DNA of 64,000 nucleotides from Verrucomicrobiota bacterium (lineage in GTDB: Bacteria > Verrucomicrobiota > Verrucomicrobiia > Opitutales > Seribacteraceae): positions 1-64,000 of the forward strand of contig JAOLZO010000004.1 of assembly GCA_028343845.1 (NCBI GenBank), given 5' to 3'. Within the stretch, counting starts at the first letter, position 1; each line of letters opens with the position of its first letter. Positions 47,401-56,661 of this stretch are shown here, one piece after another. A program made the translations under genes and the position numbers. Below the pieces are notes generated by a model that saw only the letters and a list, made by a program, of their open reading frames with translations, was not told the origin of the DNA and did not search any database.

Positions 47401-48996
47401 TTATTCGGACCAGGAATAGGTAACCTCAATCTGAGCGCTTCCCCCTTTGAACACGATGGGAACCCGCAGGTCGCCTCCTTGAGCGACGGGCTCTCCACCC
47501 TTCACCGAAATGGCAATCTCATCTCCCTCGAATGATTGCCCCTTCTTTTCGAAGCTACCCTGAGCCACCCGGAAATAAAGGTTCTTGGGCGCATCCTTGG
47601 CCTTGAGCTTGATGATACGCTTGATCTTTCCGGCGGCGTCTTCGGATGCCCCCGCTATGGGCATCGGCGTATCCTCGACGCTCACCTCGCCCCGCTCGTA
47701 CTTGAAGGTAGGTCTTTGCATCTTATCCAGGAAGTAGCCCCGGAAGCGCAGATCCTTGGTCCGGTACTCGGCCTTGGGCCAATCGGAATCGGAACTATCA
47801 AGAGCCGCAATGGCCACGCCCTCGGGCAGGTTGACCACGGCATCCCCCGCAGGAGGCTGATAGCCCTGCCCTCTTCCGTTCCAATGACGGGCGCCGTCAA
47901 TAAAGTCTCCCTGCCAGATCATGGCCAGACGCATGTTGTTGGCATCAAAGGCCAAGTTCACGCCCTCATGATAGCCCACTCCGATTGCACGCGGCCCGGC
48001 CCCGTTGATAAAGTTACGGTATATGGAAGCCTCGCCCTCAGGAGGCTCGATGAGCATGCCCACGGCTCCTCCGCCTCCGCTTTTAGGAGAAGTCTTGGAA
48101 AGAGCCTGCTTTTTGATTCCAGGACCGGACCAGGCAACGGAAAGTTCCTCTCCTCCGCTTTTCTCGAAGAAACGCACCTCGATAAGGTGCTTGCCCGCTT
48201 TGAGCTTTACGGAACCTGAGACGGTCTTCACACCGTGAATGCCATCGTTGTTTACCACGAGCTTACCATCGACCAACAGGAGGGATCCGTCATCGGAAGA
48301 GGTGGTGAAGGTATATTTGCCTTCCTTGGGGCACTCAATGTCCCCGGTAAAGGAGAAACCGAAGTCATCATTTCTGTCGCGGGGCGAGATATCGAACAAA
48401 CCACTCGCCAAGACACCCGTTTTCTTGGGTTCCATTTTCGTAAAATCAGGCATCTTGCTCCAGCCTCCGTGATAAAACTTGTAAGTGAGGTTGGTGATGG
48501 GGTTGGCCAACTTGCTCACCCCCATAACGCCGTTCATGAGCTGAAAGTGACCGGGGAAGGTACAGATGTAAGGATAATCGCCCTCCTTCTTGGGCGCCCT
48601 GAAATAGATCACGGTCTCTTTCTTTGGCTGGACCATTCCAGAACTTGCGAGAATACGAGGATGGCCTGTGGGTTCCCAGTTTTGCTCGACTCCTTTGTCT
48701 CCGAGTTTCAAGACCGCATCGATCACCTCCTGTCCACCGTCCCCGCCCTTTTTCTTGCCCGGAGTGCATAGGATCAGGTTATGGGGAAGAGTATCCGGAT
48801 TCTTGAAGATCAGCTTGACCTTGGCATTCGGCTTTACGCTGAAACTGCGCACGTCGTACTTCATCTGAGCTTCCATCGTACTGATCACGATCTCCTGATC
48901 GATTTTTTCAAAGCCCTTGGGGGGCTTGTCGGCGTGAACTTGAAACCCGGTGAGGCCAAGCATGAGGAAAGTGCAAAGTAAGGTGGATCGATTCAT
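47401..48996 (-). CDS. Secreted protein with a cupredoxin-like (blue-copper-type) domain and a PA14 domain. Upstream operon partner of the beta-propeller gene.
   Basis: LPHNLILCTPG...YICTFPGHFQLMNGVM fits an azurin/plastocyanin-like ligand pattern. GDIECPKEGKYTFTTSSDDGSLLLVDGKLVVNNDG...LSVAWSGPG is PA14. Confidence 0.55.
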   Translation of the reverse strand: MNRSTLLCTFLMLGLTGFQVHADKPPKGFEKIDQEIVISTMEAQMKYDVRSFSVKPNAKVKLIFKNPDTLPHNLILCTPGKKKGGDGGQEVIDAVLKLGDKGVEQNWEPTGHPRILASSGMVQPKKETVIYFRAPKKEGDYPYICTFPGHFQLMNGVMGVSKLANPITNLTYKFYHGGWSKMPDFTKMEPKKTGVLASGLFDISPRDRNDDFGFSFTGDIECPKEGKYTFTTSSDDGSLLLVDGKLVVNNDGIHGVKTVSGSVKLKAGKHLIEVRFFEKSGGEELSVAWSGPGIKKQALSKTSPKSGGGGAVGMLIEPPEGEASIYRNFINGAGPRAIGVGYHEGVNLAFDANNMRLAMIWQGDFIDGARHWNGRGQGYQPPAGDAVVNLPEGVAIAALDSSDSDWPKAEYRTKDLRFRGYFLDKMQRPTFKYERGEVSVEDTPMPIAGASEDAAGKIKRIIKLKAKDAPKNLYFRVAQGSFEKKGQSFEGDEIAISVKGGEPVAQGGDLRVPIVFKGGSAQIEVTYSWSE

Positions 48997-49164
48997 GGTT
49001 AAAAACCATCAATACCGAACGATATTTCGGGAGGAGGCAATAGAGAATGCGTCCGTCAATGGAAATTCATTTTCAGTCGAGCAAAGAGGTCCTTTCCGAA
49101 AAGATTCAAAAGAAGGGGAAATAGAACTCGCGCAAACCCCTGCCCTCCTGACATTCTTATCCCT

Positions 49165-50472
49165 ATGATTTCCCGTGCCATTGCCTCTCTTCTTATTCTT
49201 GCTTCAATCTTCTGCGTTAGCAAAGCAAGCGAGGCAAATGAAAAGACAAAGGATCCCGACAACTTCGATTGGTCAAAGGTTGAGACCCAGCCCGAACAAG
49301 CCAAGCATATCCTCAAGAGCGTCAATGCCTGGCGGGGAGAGAAGGATAAGAACGGGGGAAAGAAACTACGTGTCGTCTACTTTTATCCCAAGGACCGCAA
49401 ACCCCTCAAGGAACATACGAAACGCTGGGATGGGATCATGAACGACATTCAGGATTTTTACCGCACCGAGATGAAACGGTTGGGATATGGGAAAGTCGAG
49501 TTGGGCCTCGAACGGGAGAACGGGTTGCTCAAGCTACACGAGGTTCGCGGCAACGCCAACGACGACGGTTCCTACACCTACGGCTCAGGTAACAAAATCA
49601 GGGGAGAAGTATTCAACGCCCTACAAGCAAAAGGGATCAATCACCGGGAGGAAACCATCCTGATCGTCTGCGGTCTTTCCCGGACCGAGGGGAAAAAAGT
49701 CACCATCTATTCCCCCTACTACGGAATGGGAGCCAATCATATCTACGGCCTCTGCTTCACCGCCGACATGGACTGGCTGTCCATCGACGGGCTACGGCCC
49801 GATCCAACCAAGACCATTTTGCAAGTCAAGGAACACCGGGGCTACGAACCCTTTACCCTCGCCCGCTTCAACACGACCTACGTCGGCGGGGCCATCCACG
49901 AACTCGGGCACGGCATGTCCCTCCCCCACAATCATGCGACCAAGGTTGAGGCCAAGATGGGGACCGCTCTTATGGGGGCGGGCAACTACACCTACCGCAA
50001 AGAATGGCGCAACGAAGGAAAAGGCTCCTTCCTCACTCACTCGAGCGCCCTGCGCCTGCTCGTCCATCCCCTCTTCAGCGGCACGACCAAGCAAAGCAAG
50101 GAATCACCAAAGGCAAAGTACGGGAAACTCAACGTCTCCCACGCGGACGGGAAGATTCATATCCGTGGAAGGATCGGGTCCACCATTCCTGCGGTGGCCA
50201 TGATCGCCTACAACGACCGGGAAAACAAGGGACAGCGAGGATACATGGTGAACAAGGACTACGACGCCACGACCTGGACCTCCGTTCTCAGTCCGGACGG
50301 TGAATTCCGTATCCGAATCGGTGATCTGCGGGATGGAAACCACCAGATCCGCTTGCTCAGCGTACATGCCAACGGGGCCACCGTGACCAAACGTCTGCAC
50401 TACACGACGAAAAACGGAACACCCGACTTCACCCGGGCCCGAAAGGAAATCGCGAACGTTTTGGCCAACTGA
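49165..50472 (+). CDS. Secreted metzincin-like zinc metalloprotease (HExxHxxxxxH).
   Basis: Signal peptide MISRAIASLLILASIFCVSKA. HELGHGMSLPH has metzincin His spacing, with Ser in place of the Gly of the canonical HExxHxxGxxH. Confidence 0.5.
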   Translation: MISRAIASLLILASIFCVSKASEANEKTKDPDNFDWSKVETQPEQAKHILKSVNAWRGEKDKNGGKKLRVVYFYPKDRKPLKEHTKRWDGIMNDIQDFYRTEMKRLGYGKVELGLERENGLLKLHEVRGNANDDGSYTYGSGNKIRGEVFNALQAKGINHREETILIVCGLSRTEGKKVTIYSPYYGMGANHIYGLCFTADMDWLSIDGLRPDPTKTILQVKEHRGYEPFTLARFNTTYVGGAIHELGHGMSLPHNHATKVEAKMGTALMGAGNYTYRKEWRNEGKGSFLTHSSALRLLVHPLFSGTTKQSKESPKAKYGKLNVSHADGKIHIRGRIGSTIPAVAMIAYNDRENKGQRGYMVNKDYDATTWTSVLSPDGEFRIRIGDLRDGNHQIRLLSVHANGATVTKRLHYTTKNGTPDFTRARKEIANVLAN

Positions 50473-50518
50473 CGAAACTTTTTACTTTCCAACCCGTTTC
50501 CCCAAAACAATCAAAACC

Positions 50519-51361
50519 ATGAAAATCATAACCTTCGCCACCACTGTCCTTGCCTTGCTCTTCTCCTCGACCCTTTCGGCCGAGTTCAAGGCGGACAAGG
50601 ACGTATCTTATGGGCCGCATGAACGCAACGTTTTGGACGTCTACTGGAACACCAAATTCAAAAACGCACCCATCGTATTCACGATTCACGGCGGCGGATT
50701 CAAGAACGGGAGCAAGGCCTATTGCAACAAGGACATGATCAAACTCTACATGTCCAAGGGTTGCATCGTGGTCTCCCCCAACTACCGCCTGGTCGGGAAA
50801 GGCGAACCCGTAAGCAAGGACGATTGCGCCATGGACACCGCCATGGCCGTGGCCCATATCCAAGCCAATGCCAAGAAATACGGCGGCGACCCAACCAAAA
50901 TCGTCTCTACGGGAGCTTCAGCCGGTGGCTACATCAGTGCCTGGATTGCCTACCAGAAGAATTGGAAATGGCCCGCCTATGCCAAGCACAAGCCGGAGAA
51001 ACTCAATATCGTGGGCTGGTTCGGAAACAGTCCCTTCCTTCCGAAAAACCTCATCAATCAAGTTGGCGTCGGCGACCCTCCCGGTTTCGTCATGTACGGA
51101 GGGAAGAGAGAACACCCCGCCACCCCCGCCAAACAGGGCCACGACATCCAGGCCGCCCTCAAAAAGAACAAGGTCTGGAGCAAGATGGTCTACATCGACT
51201 TCATGGGACACGTGCCCGCCAAACGTATTCTCTTCAGCCCGCAATCACGGAACAAGGAAACCCACGACGCTTACCTCGAGTTCCTCGACATGGTCTGCCA
51301 CGGCAAAGGAAAGCCAAAGGGCGGCGACGTCATTAAGGTAAAGCCCGCCAAGAAAGAATAA
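50519..51361 (+). CDS. Alpha/beta-hydrolase esterase (carbohydrate-esterase/BD-FAE-like).
   Basis: Signal peptide; HGGGF oxyanion motif; GASAGG nucleophile elbow. Confidence 0.7.
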   Translation: MKIITFATTVLALLFSSTLSAEFKADKDVSYGPHERNVLDVYWNTKFKNAPIVFTIHGGGFKNGSKAYCNKDMIKLYMSKGCIVVSPNYRLVGKGEPVSKDDCAMDTAMAVAHIQANAKKYGGDPTKIVSTGASAGGYISAWIAYQKNWKWPAYAKHKPEKLNIVGWFGNSPFLPKNLINQVGVGDPPGFVMYGGKREHPATPAKQGHDIQAALKKNKVWSKMVYIDFMGHVPAKRILFSPQSRNKETHDAYLEFLDMVCHGKGKPKGGDVIKVKPAKKE

Positions 51362-51388
51362 GGGAAGGAGCCGGCTTCCCGCTTATCT

Positions 51389-52228
51389 CTACTCCAAAAG
51401 CAGGGAAACGGGCATGTACTTTTTCCCATTGGTGCCCGGCCATCCTTTGGGATGGAACAAGAGCCCGACCAATTCACCCAGTTTATCGGGGGCATAATCG
51501 GCAACAGGAAGAACAACGCTCACCTCATTGCGATCCACCTTGACCCGCTGGTCGGCAAGCGTGGTGAAATGATTCGCTTTAGAATAAAAGTAGAGCCCTT
51601 CATCAGCTAAAACAGGTAGCCTCTTGGCATTCTTTACAGTCAGGATCACCTTCTCTCCCTCCCGTTTTGCAACATGCTCCCATCCGTCGAGAACCTGCGG
51701 AAGTCGTTGCCGGGCCCCCGCTATATGAGCTCGGCCTGCGATGTCCCACTCCGGGGAGTTAGATGTCTTCAGCTCGAGCGAAAGGTTTTTGAACCCCATA
51801 TTGCAACATTGCTTGGGTTCCGGTCCACAAACCATCCATACCGCCTTTGCCTTTAGCTCAACCCGTTTCTCAGGGAGAGTTTCGGGAGCGGTAATCTCAA
51901 CGAGTAGGGTTGCGTCGCTGTTGTACCCGTGGGCATCGTAGGTGACCATTTTCACTTTCTCGGGAGCCTGCCATTGTATGGGACCGGCCTTGAACCCATC
52001 GGGAAGACTCCACTTCAGTGAGGTAGCAAGACCAACCGTGCCTGGGTTTTGCCAGTAAGTATGAAAGTCCTTGTCGTGATCAAGAAAAAGGGCCACCGTA
52101 AAAGTTTGGCCGGGAGCGACGGTCTTGACCTCCGAAAGCAACCTATGCTTAAGGTAATCCGGTTTGGCTACACCGGAGGCGATCGTTGCGGTGACTGCGA
52201 AAAGAAGGGTGCGAAGAAGAATTCTCAC
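51389..52228 (-). CDS. Secreted protein with a DsbD-N-terminal-like (DsbC/DsbD_N, PF11412-type) domain.
   Basis: FHTYWQNPGTVGLATSLKWSLPDGFKAGPIQWQAPE resembles the DsbD alpha-domain pattern (HTYW...PG..G.PT...W.LP.G.....W..P). Confidence 0.45.
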   Translation of the reverse strand: MRILLRTLLFAVTATIASGVAKPDYLKHRLLSEVKTVAPGQTFTVALFLDHDKDFHTYWQNPGTVGLATSLKWSLPDGFKAGPIQWQAPEKVKMVTYDAHGYNSDATLLVEITAPETLPEKRVELKAKAVWMVCGPEPKQCCNMGFKNLSLELKTSNSPEWDIAGRAHIAGARQRLPQVLDGWEHVAKREGEKVILTVKNAKRLPVLADEGLYFYSKANHFTTLADQRVKVDRNEVSVVLPVADYAPDKLGELVGLLFHPKGWPGTNGKKYMPVSLLLE

Positions 52229-52295
52229 TTATCGAAATTTAAATGTTTAAATAAAGAATAACAACTTCAAGTCCAAGGTATTTTGAAGTTTTTGT

Positions 52296-53522
52296 TTGGA
52301 TAAAAGAGTTGAAGACGATGGGAGAAAAGAAATAAAAAAAGAAGCTCAAATGCAACCGAAACGATCGTATCGACCTCAATTAGGGATAGCCTTGGTCCTT
52401 GCAATCCTACTCCTGGTTTCAGGTGGAATTCGATCGAATGCCGCCGAGCCCGCGTCAGGGAAGAAGTCGGGCCGCGTCAGCCTTACAAAAATCAAGGGGC
52501 GTGACTGGTTGCTCACGGCCGAAGGGAGACCCTTCTTCGCGCACGGAATTACCCATGCCGGCAACCAGTTCGCAAAGCTCGATCTCAAAAAATTCTCAGA
52601 AGCCTGCAAGGAGCTTGGTTTCAATGCTTATGGATACGGTTGCCCCCAACAGCTCCGCAAAGACATGCCCTATGTTGCCAGTTGGAATCACCTCGTTCCC
52701 ATTTCGTACTACCGGGGCAAGAATGCCGTCAAGTTCGTCGACGTCTTCGACTCCAAAGTGGAAGCCCGTCTGGAATCCGGCGTAAAAGCCTATTGCCAGA
52801 TTAACGCCAGCACCTCCCGCAACGTCATCGGTTATTGCTGGACTGACCTCGGTTCATGGCCCTTGGAAAATCCTTCGGGCAAGAACTGGGTCGACTTCAT
52901 CCGCCAGTTGCCAAAGAACGCAGCCGGTCAAAAAGCCTACCAAGGTTTCCTGCAAACATGGAAAGGCGAAGATACCAAAGCACGCGACCAGGCCTTTCTT
53001 CGCCTCATCGCCCGTGAATATTTTCGTATCATCGGAGAAGCTCAACGTAAACATGCCCCCGACCACCTGATATTCGGAGACCGTTTCGCCTTCAACACCC
53101 TGGATGAAGACGTCATGAAGGAAATGCTTCCCTATGTGGACGGCATTGCGATCCAACCACCTTTTCATGGTGAATTCCCCAAGAAGAAATTCGACGAAAT
53201 TCACCAGCTAACCCAAAAGCCCATCCTGATCTGCGACTTCGCGATCCGCTTCAAGGATGGCGAAAAGGACATTCGCAGTTGGAAACCGGCCGCCAATTCC
53301 GTGGCCGCCGGAAAAGCTTATGCCGAGTACGTCCAAGCCGCCCTCCAAACCGATTACATAGTCGGCGTCTTTTGGTGCAACCCGGTCGACACTCCAAAGG
53401 GCTTCGGCAAGTCCGGCCTCAAGCAGGGTTTCTTCGGCGAAGAAATGGCGGGGAGGCCCGGCCTTCATCAATCCGTAAAAGAGGTAAATTCCCTCCGAGA
53501 GGCTCTAACGCCAAAAAAGTGA
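52296..53522 (+). CDS. Hypothetical secreted protein, possibly a TIM-barrel glycoside hydrolase.
   Basis: A signal/TM segment after MQPKRSY (a likely start near 52347). No family is confidently recognised; the composition and length are consistent with GH5/GH113-like enzymes. Confidence 0.4.
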   Translation: MDKRVEDDGRKEIKKEAQMQPKRSYRPQLGIALVLAILLLVSGGIRSNAAEPASGKKSGRVSLTKIKGRDWLLTAEGRPFFAHGITHAGNQFAKLDLKKFSEACKELGFNAYGYGCPQQLRKDMPYVASWNHLVPISYYRGKNAVKFVDVFDSKVEARLESGVKAYCQINASTSRNVIGYCWTDLGSWPLENPSGKNWVDFIRQLPKNAAGQKAYQGFLQTWKGEDTKARDQAFLRLIAREYFRIIGEAQRKHAPDHLIFGDRFAFNTLDEDVMKEMLPYVDGIAIQPPFHGEFPKKKFDEIHQLTQKPILICDFAIRFKDGEKDIRSWKPAANSVAAGKAYAEYVQAALQTDYIVGVFWCNPVDTPKGFGKSGLKQGFFGEEMAGRPGLHQSVKEVNSLREALTPKK

Positions 53523-53618
53523 GATCATCCCTTCCATTCTTGCGGAGTAAAGAAAGGTTAGGCAGAGTAAGATTCTTTTAAAAGAGAACGTTCAGATTAC
53601 TAAACAGACAGAATCACC

Positions 53619-54932
53619 ATGAAAATAACGTCGCGCAGAGACTTCATCAAAACCTCGGGAGCCGTGAGCAGCTTCTTCATCCTGCCCTCCGGATTGCGGG
53701 CCAATTCCCCTAACGGCAAAATTTGCACCGCCCACATCGGGACGGGAGGCAAGGGTCGCGTGGATACGGCTTACCTCGCCAAGCACAAGCACGTTGAGGT
53801 GCTTGGGTTATGCGACGTCGACTACAAGCACGGCAAGATCGACACTTGGTCGAAACAATTCAAAAGCGCCACCGCTTATCAAGACTACCGCGAAATGCTG
53901 GCCGAACTCGATGACAAGATCGACGTGGTCTCCATCTCCACACCTGACCATACCCACTACCCCGCCACCCTGGCGGCGATGAAGCTCGGCAAGCACGTCT
54001 ACACCCAAAAACCCCTTACGCACAAGCTATCCGAAGCCCGGCACCTCGCGAAGTTCGCCAAGGAAAAGGGACTTACCACGCAGATGGGAATCCAAAATCA
54101 ATCCCGGGAGGCCTACCGATTGACCCGTCACTACCTGCGCAAGGGAATTCTCGGCAAGATCAGCAAAGTATACGTCTGGTCCTTCAAGACCTGGGGATAC
54201 GATGGCGAACCCTTCAAGCAAAAATCCGAAAAACCGGATTCTCTGGACTGGAACCTTTGGCTGGGCACCGCGCCCGTTCATGATTACGTCAGCAAGGTTT
54301 ATCACCCCGGACAGTGGCGCAAGCTCATAGACTTCGGTTGCGGTACGCTCGGTGACATGGGCATCCATATCTTCGACACCCCCTTCAAGGCTCTGGATCT
54401 TAAGGATCCTCTTTGGGTGGAAGCAGAGTGTCGCGAACCCAACGGTTTCGGTCATGCGGAAAAGAACATGGTGCGTTACGGCTTTGCACCGTCCAAATAC
54501 ACCACCGATGACTTTACCTTCACTTGGTGGGACGGTTCCGACTCACCTCGTCATAAGAACAACCCCGACTTGATCCTGCCCAATGGCGACCAATTGCCCA
54601 AGCAGGGTGCGGTCTTCGTGGGGGAAGGCGGACGGATGGTTCTCCCCCACTGTTCCATGCCCACCTTCTACCCGGAATCCGTTCTGAAGAAGGTCGCCAA
54701 ACCGGATGTCAAAGGGGTCGACCACTACACCCAGTTCCTCGATGCGATCGAGGGCAAGGACAAGACTTTGGCTGGGTTCGACTATGCCGGGCCCTTGGCG
54801 GAGTCCCTCTGTCTTGGCGTAGTCGCCTGCCAGTTCCCAGGCAAGCGCTTGGACTGGAACGCCAAGAAGATGAAGGTGACCAACTTGGACGAAGCCAACC
54901 CGCATCTCGAAGGCAAATACCGTAAGTTCTGA
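53619..54932 (+). CDS. Gfo/Idh/MocA-family NAD(P)-dependent oxidoreductase with a Tat signal.
   Basis: SRRDFIKTSGAVSSFFILPSGLRA Tat motif; a Rossmann N-terminus (CTAHIGTGGKG...VEVLGLCDVD) and the Gfo/Idh/MocA C-terminal domain. Confidence 0.8.
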   Translation: MKITSRRDFIKTSGAVSSFFILPSGLRANSPNGKICTAHIGTGGKGRVDTAYLAKHKHVEVLGLCDVDYKHGKIDTWSKQFKSATAYQDYREMLAELDDKIDVVSISTPDHTHYPATLAAMKLGKHVYTQKPLTHKLSEARHLAKFAKEKGLTTQMGIQNQSREAYRLTRHYLRKGILGKISKVYVWSFKTWGYDGEPFKQKSEKPDSLDWNLWLGTAPVHDYVSKVYHPGQWRKLIDFGCGTLGDMGIHIFDTPFKALDLKDPLWVEAECREPNGFGHAEKNMVRYGFAPSKYTTDDFTFTWWDGSDSPRHKNNPDLILPNGDQLPKQGAVFVGEGGRMVLPHCSMPTFYPESVLKKVAKPDVKGVDHYTQFLDAIEGKDKTLAGFDYAGPLAESLCLGVVACQFPGKRLDWNAKKMKVTNLDEANPHLEGKYRKF

Positions 54933-54971
54933 TTCCTGGGCTTCCTTTCCGTTTTCTCAAAAATCTGAACG

Positions 54972-56645
54972 ATGAATGTCAGGTCCATATTGCTTGGTTG
55001 GCTGTTCGCCGCCCTGCTTTGCTTCACGAATGCGTTGGATCTGACCGCGTCGGACAAACCGAACGTGGTGTTCATTCTCTCGGACAACCAGAGCTTCTAC
55101 GAGATGAGTTGTCACGGTCACGCCGATATCAAGACCCCTAATATCGATAGGCTCGCCGATCAAAGCGTGGAATTCACCAATTTCCACGCCCCTCCCTTTT
55201 GCTCACCCAGTCGGGCCGTCATTCTGACCGGCCGCTATGCGATGCGTTCGGGGGTCTTCACAACCATCGCGGGACGTTCCATTCTCCACAAGGACGAGAA
55301 GACTTTGCCCCAATTTCTCAAACCGGACAGCTACCACAGCGCGATATTCGGCAAGTGGCACCTTGGATTCAGCTACCCGTACAGGCCACAAGATCGTGGG
55401 TTTGACGAGGTGTTCGTCCATGGCGGCGGTGGCGTCGGGCAAATGGAGGACTACTTCGGCAACTCCCTCTTCGACACGACCTTCATTCATAATGGGAAAG
55501 TCAGCCCGAGCAAAGGCTATTGCACCGACGTCCTGTTCGACCGGGCGATGGATTACGTCGAGGCAAAGCACAAGGAAAAGAAACCCTTTTTCTGCTTCGT
55601 ATCCACTCCAGTAACACACTCCCCCCACCACGGCCCCAAGGAACTGGTCGCTCAATTGAAGGCCGATGGCATCCAAGGGAACCTGCAACTGTATGCTCAA
55701 GTTCAGAACCTAGACGCCAACATCGGACGGATGATGAAAAAGATCAAGGAACTGGACTTGGTCGAGAACACCATTCTTGTTTACGCCTCCGATCAGGGCA
55801 TGAACGACCGTGGAGCTCTCCATGGTGACAACCGAAAGGGTCTTGGCTACGACCCAGCCCATCACGTCCCTTTCATGATCCGTCTCCCGGGAGCCAAACC
55901 CAAAGTCATTACGCGGCTCGCTGGCATGATCGACTTTTTTCCAACCATCCTCGATCTCTGTGGCATCAAGAGACCGGAAAATACCGACGGCATCAGCCTG
56001 AAACCCCTGTTGCTTGAGAAAAAAGGCTACCCTGCAGACCGCACGCTCATCATCCAGTGTCCCCGTAGCCGGCAGGCGAGCAAATGGAAGAATTCGGCCG
56101 TCAAAACCGACCGATGGCGCCTGGTAAATGGAGAAAAGCTTTACGACGTCACGATCGACCCCCGCCAGAATACGGACGTCGCCCAAAAGAATCGCGAGGT
56201 CGTGAATCAGTTGCGAAATGCCTACGAAACCTACTGGGCAGACCTGCCCGACCAGGCTACCACACTAAGCCGGCACCTGCTCGGCCATCCCGATTGCGAG
56301 GAAGAAGTGGTCCTCAACGGCATGGACTGGTACCGCGGCGGATCCCCATGGAACAACGGGGCCTACAAGCGCTCGTCCAGCGGAGCCTGGGCTGTTACTC
56401 TTTCGGAAAAGGGCCTTTACCAATTCGAATGCCGGTTCTTTCCGAGGGCCGCCGACAAGCCGGTCGGCGCATCAGGCGCCGAGATTAAGATTGGTGACCA
56501 TACCGCCGAAACCGATCTAGACGAAGGGGCCAAGAAAGCCACCTTCGAGCTCACCCTGGAAACCGGGAATTATGATCTCGAGGCCTCGTTTGCCAAAGGC
56601 AAGAAACGCTTCGGAGCTCTTTGGGTCTACGTTAAGAAACTTTGA
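54972..56645 (+). CDS. S1-family sulfatase (Cys-type, C-S-P-S-R).
   Basis: VVFILSDNQSF...PPFCSPSRAVILTGRY...GKWHLG...VYASDQG. Confidence 0.9.
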   Translation: MNVRSILLGWLFAALLCFTNALDLTASDKPNVVFILSDNQSFYEMSCHGHADIKTPNIDRLADQSVEFTNFHAPPFCSPSRAVILTGRYAMRSGVFTTIAGRSILHKDEKTLPQFLKPDSYHSAIFGKWHLGFSYPYRPQDRGFDEVFVHGGGGVGQMEDYFGNSLFDTTFIHNGKVSPSKGYCTDVLFDRAMDYVEAKHKEKKPFFCFVSTPVTHSPHHGPKELVAQLKADGIQGNLQLYAQVQNLDANIGRMMKKIKELDLVENTILVYASDQGMNDRGALHGDNRKGLGYDPAHHVPFMIRLPGAKPKVITRLAGMIDFFPTILDLCGIKRPENTDGISLKPLLLEKKGYPADRTLIIQCPRSRQASKWKNSAVKTDRWRLVNGEKLYDVTIDPRQNTDVAQKNREVVNQLRNAYETYWADLPDQATTLSRHLLGHPDCEEEVVLNGMDWYRGGSPWNNGAYKRSSSGAWAVTLSEKGLYQFECRFFPRAADKPVGASGAEIKIGDHTAETDLDEGAKKATFELTLETGNYDLEASFAKGKKRFGALWVYVKKL

Positions 56646-56661
56646 ATCCTCACAGTCAGTC

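Noticed and set aside
47536-48771. Two plus-strand ORFs (227 and 178 aa).
   Set aside because: They are antisense to the 47401-48996 minus-strand gene, which carries coherent cupredoxin and PA14 domains and a signal peptide.
55203-56186. Two minus-strand ORFs (165 and 158 aa).
   Set aside because: They are antisense to the sulfatase at 54972-56645.
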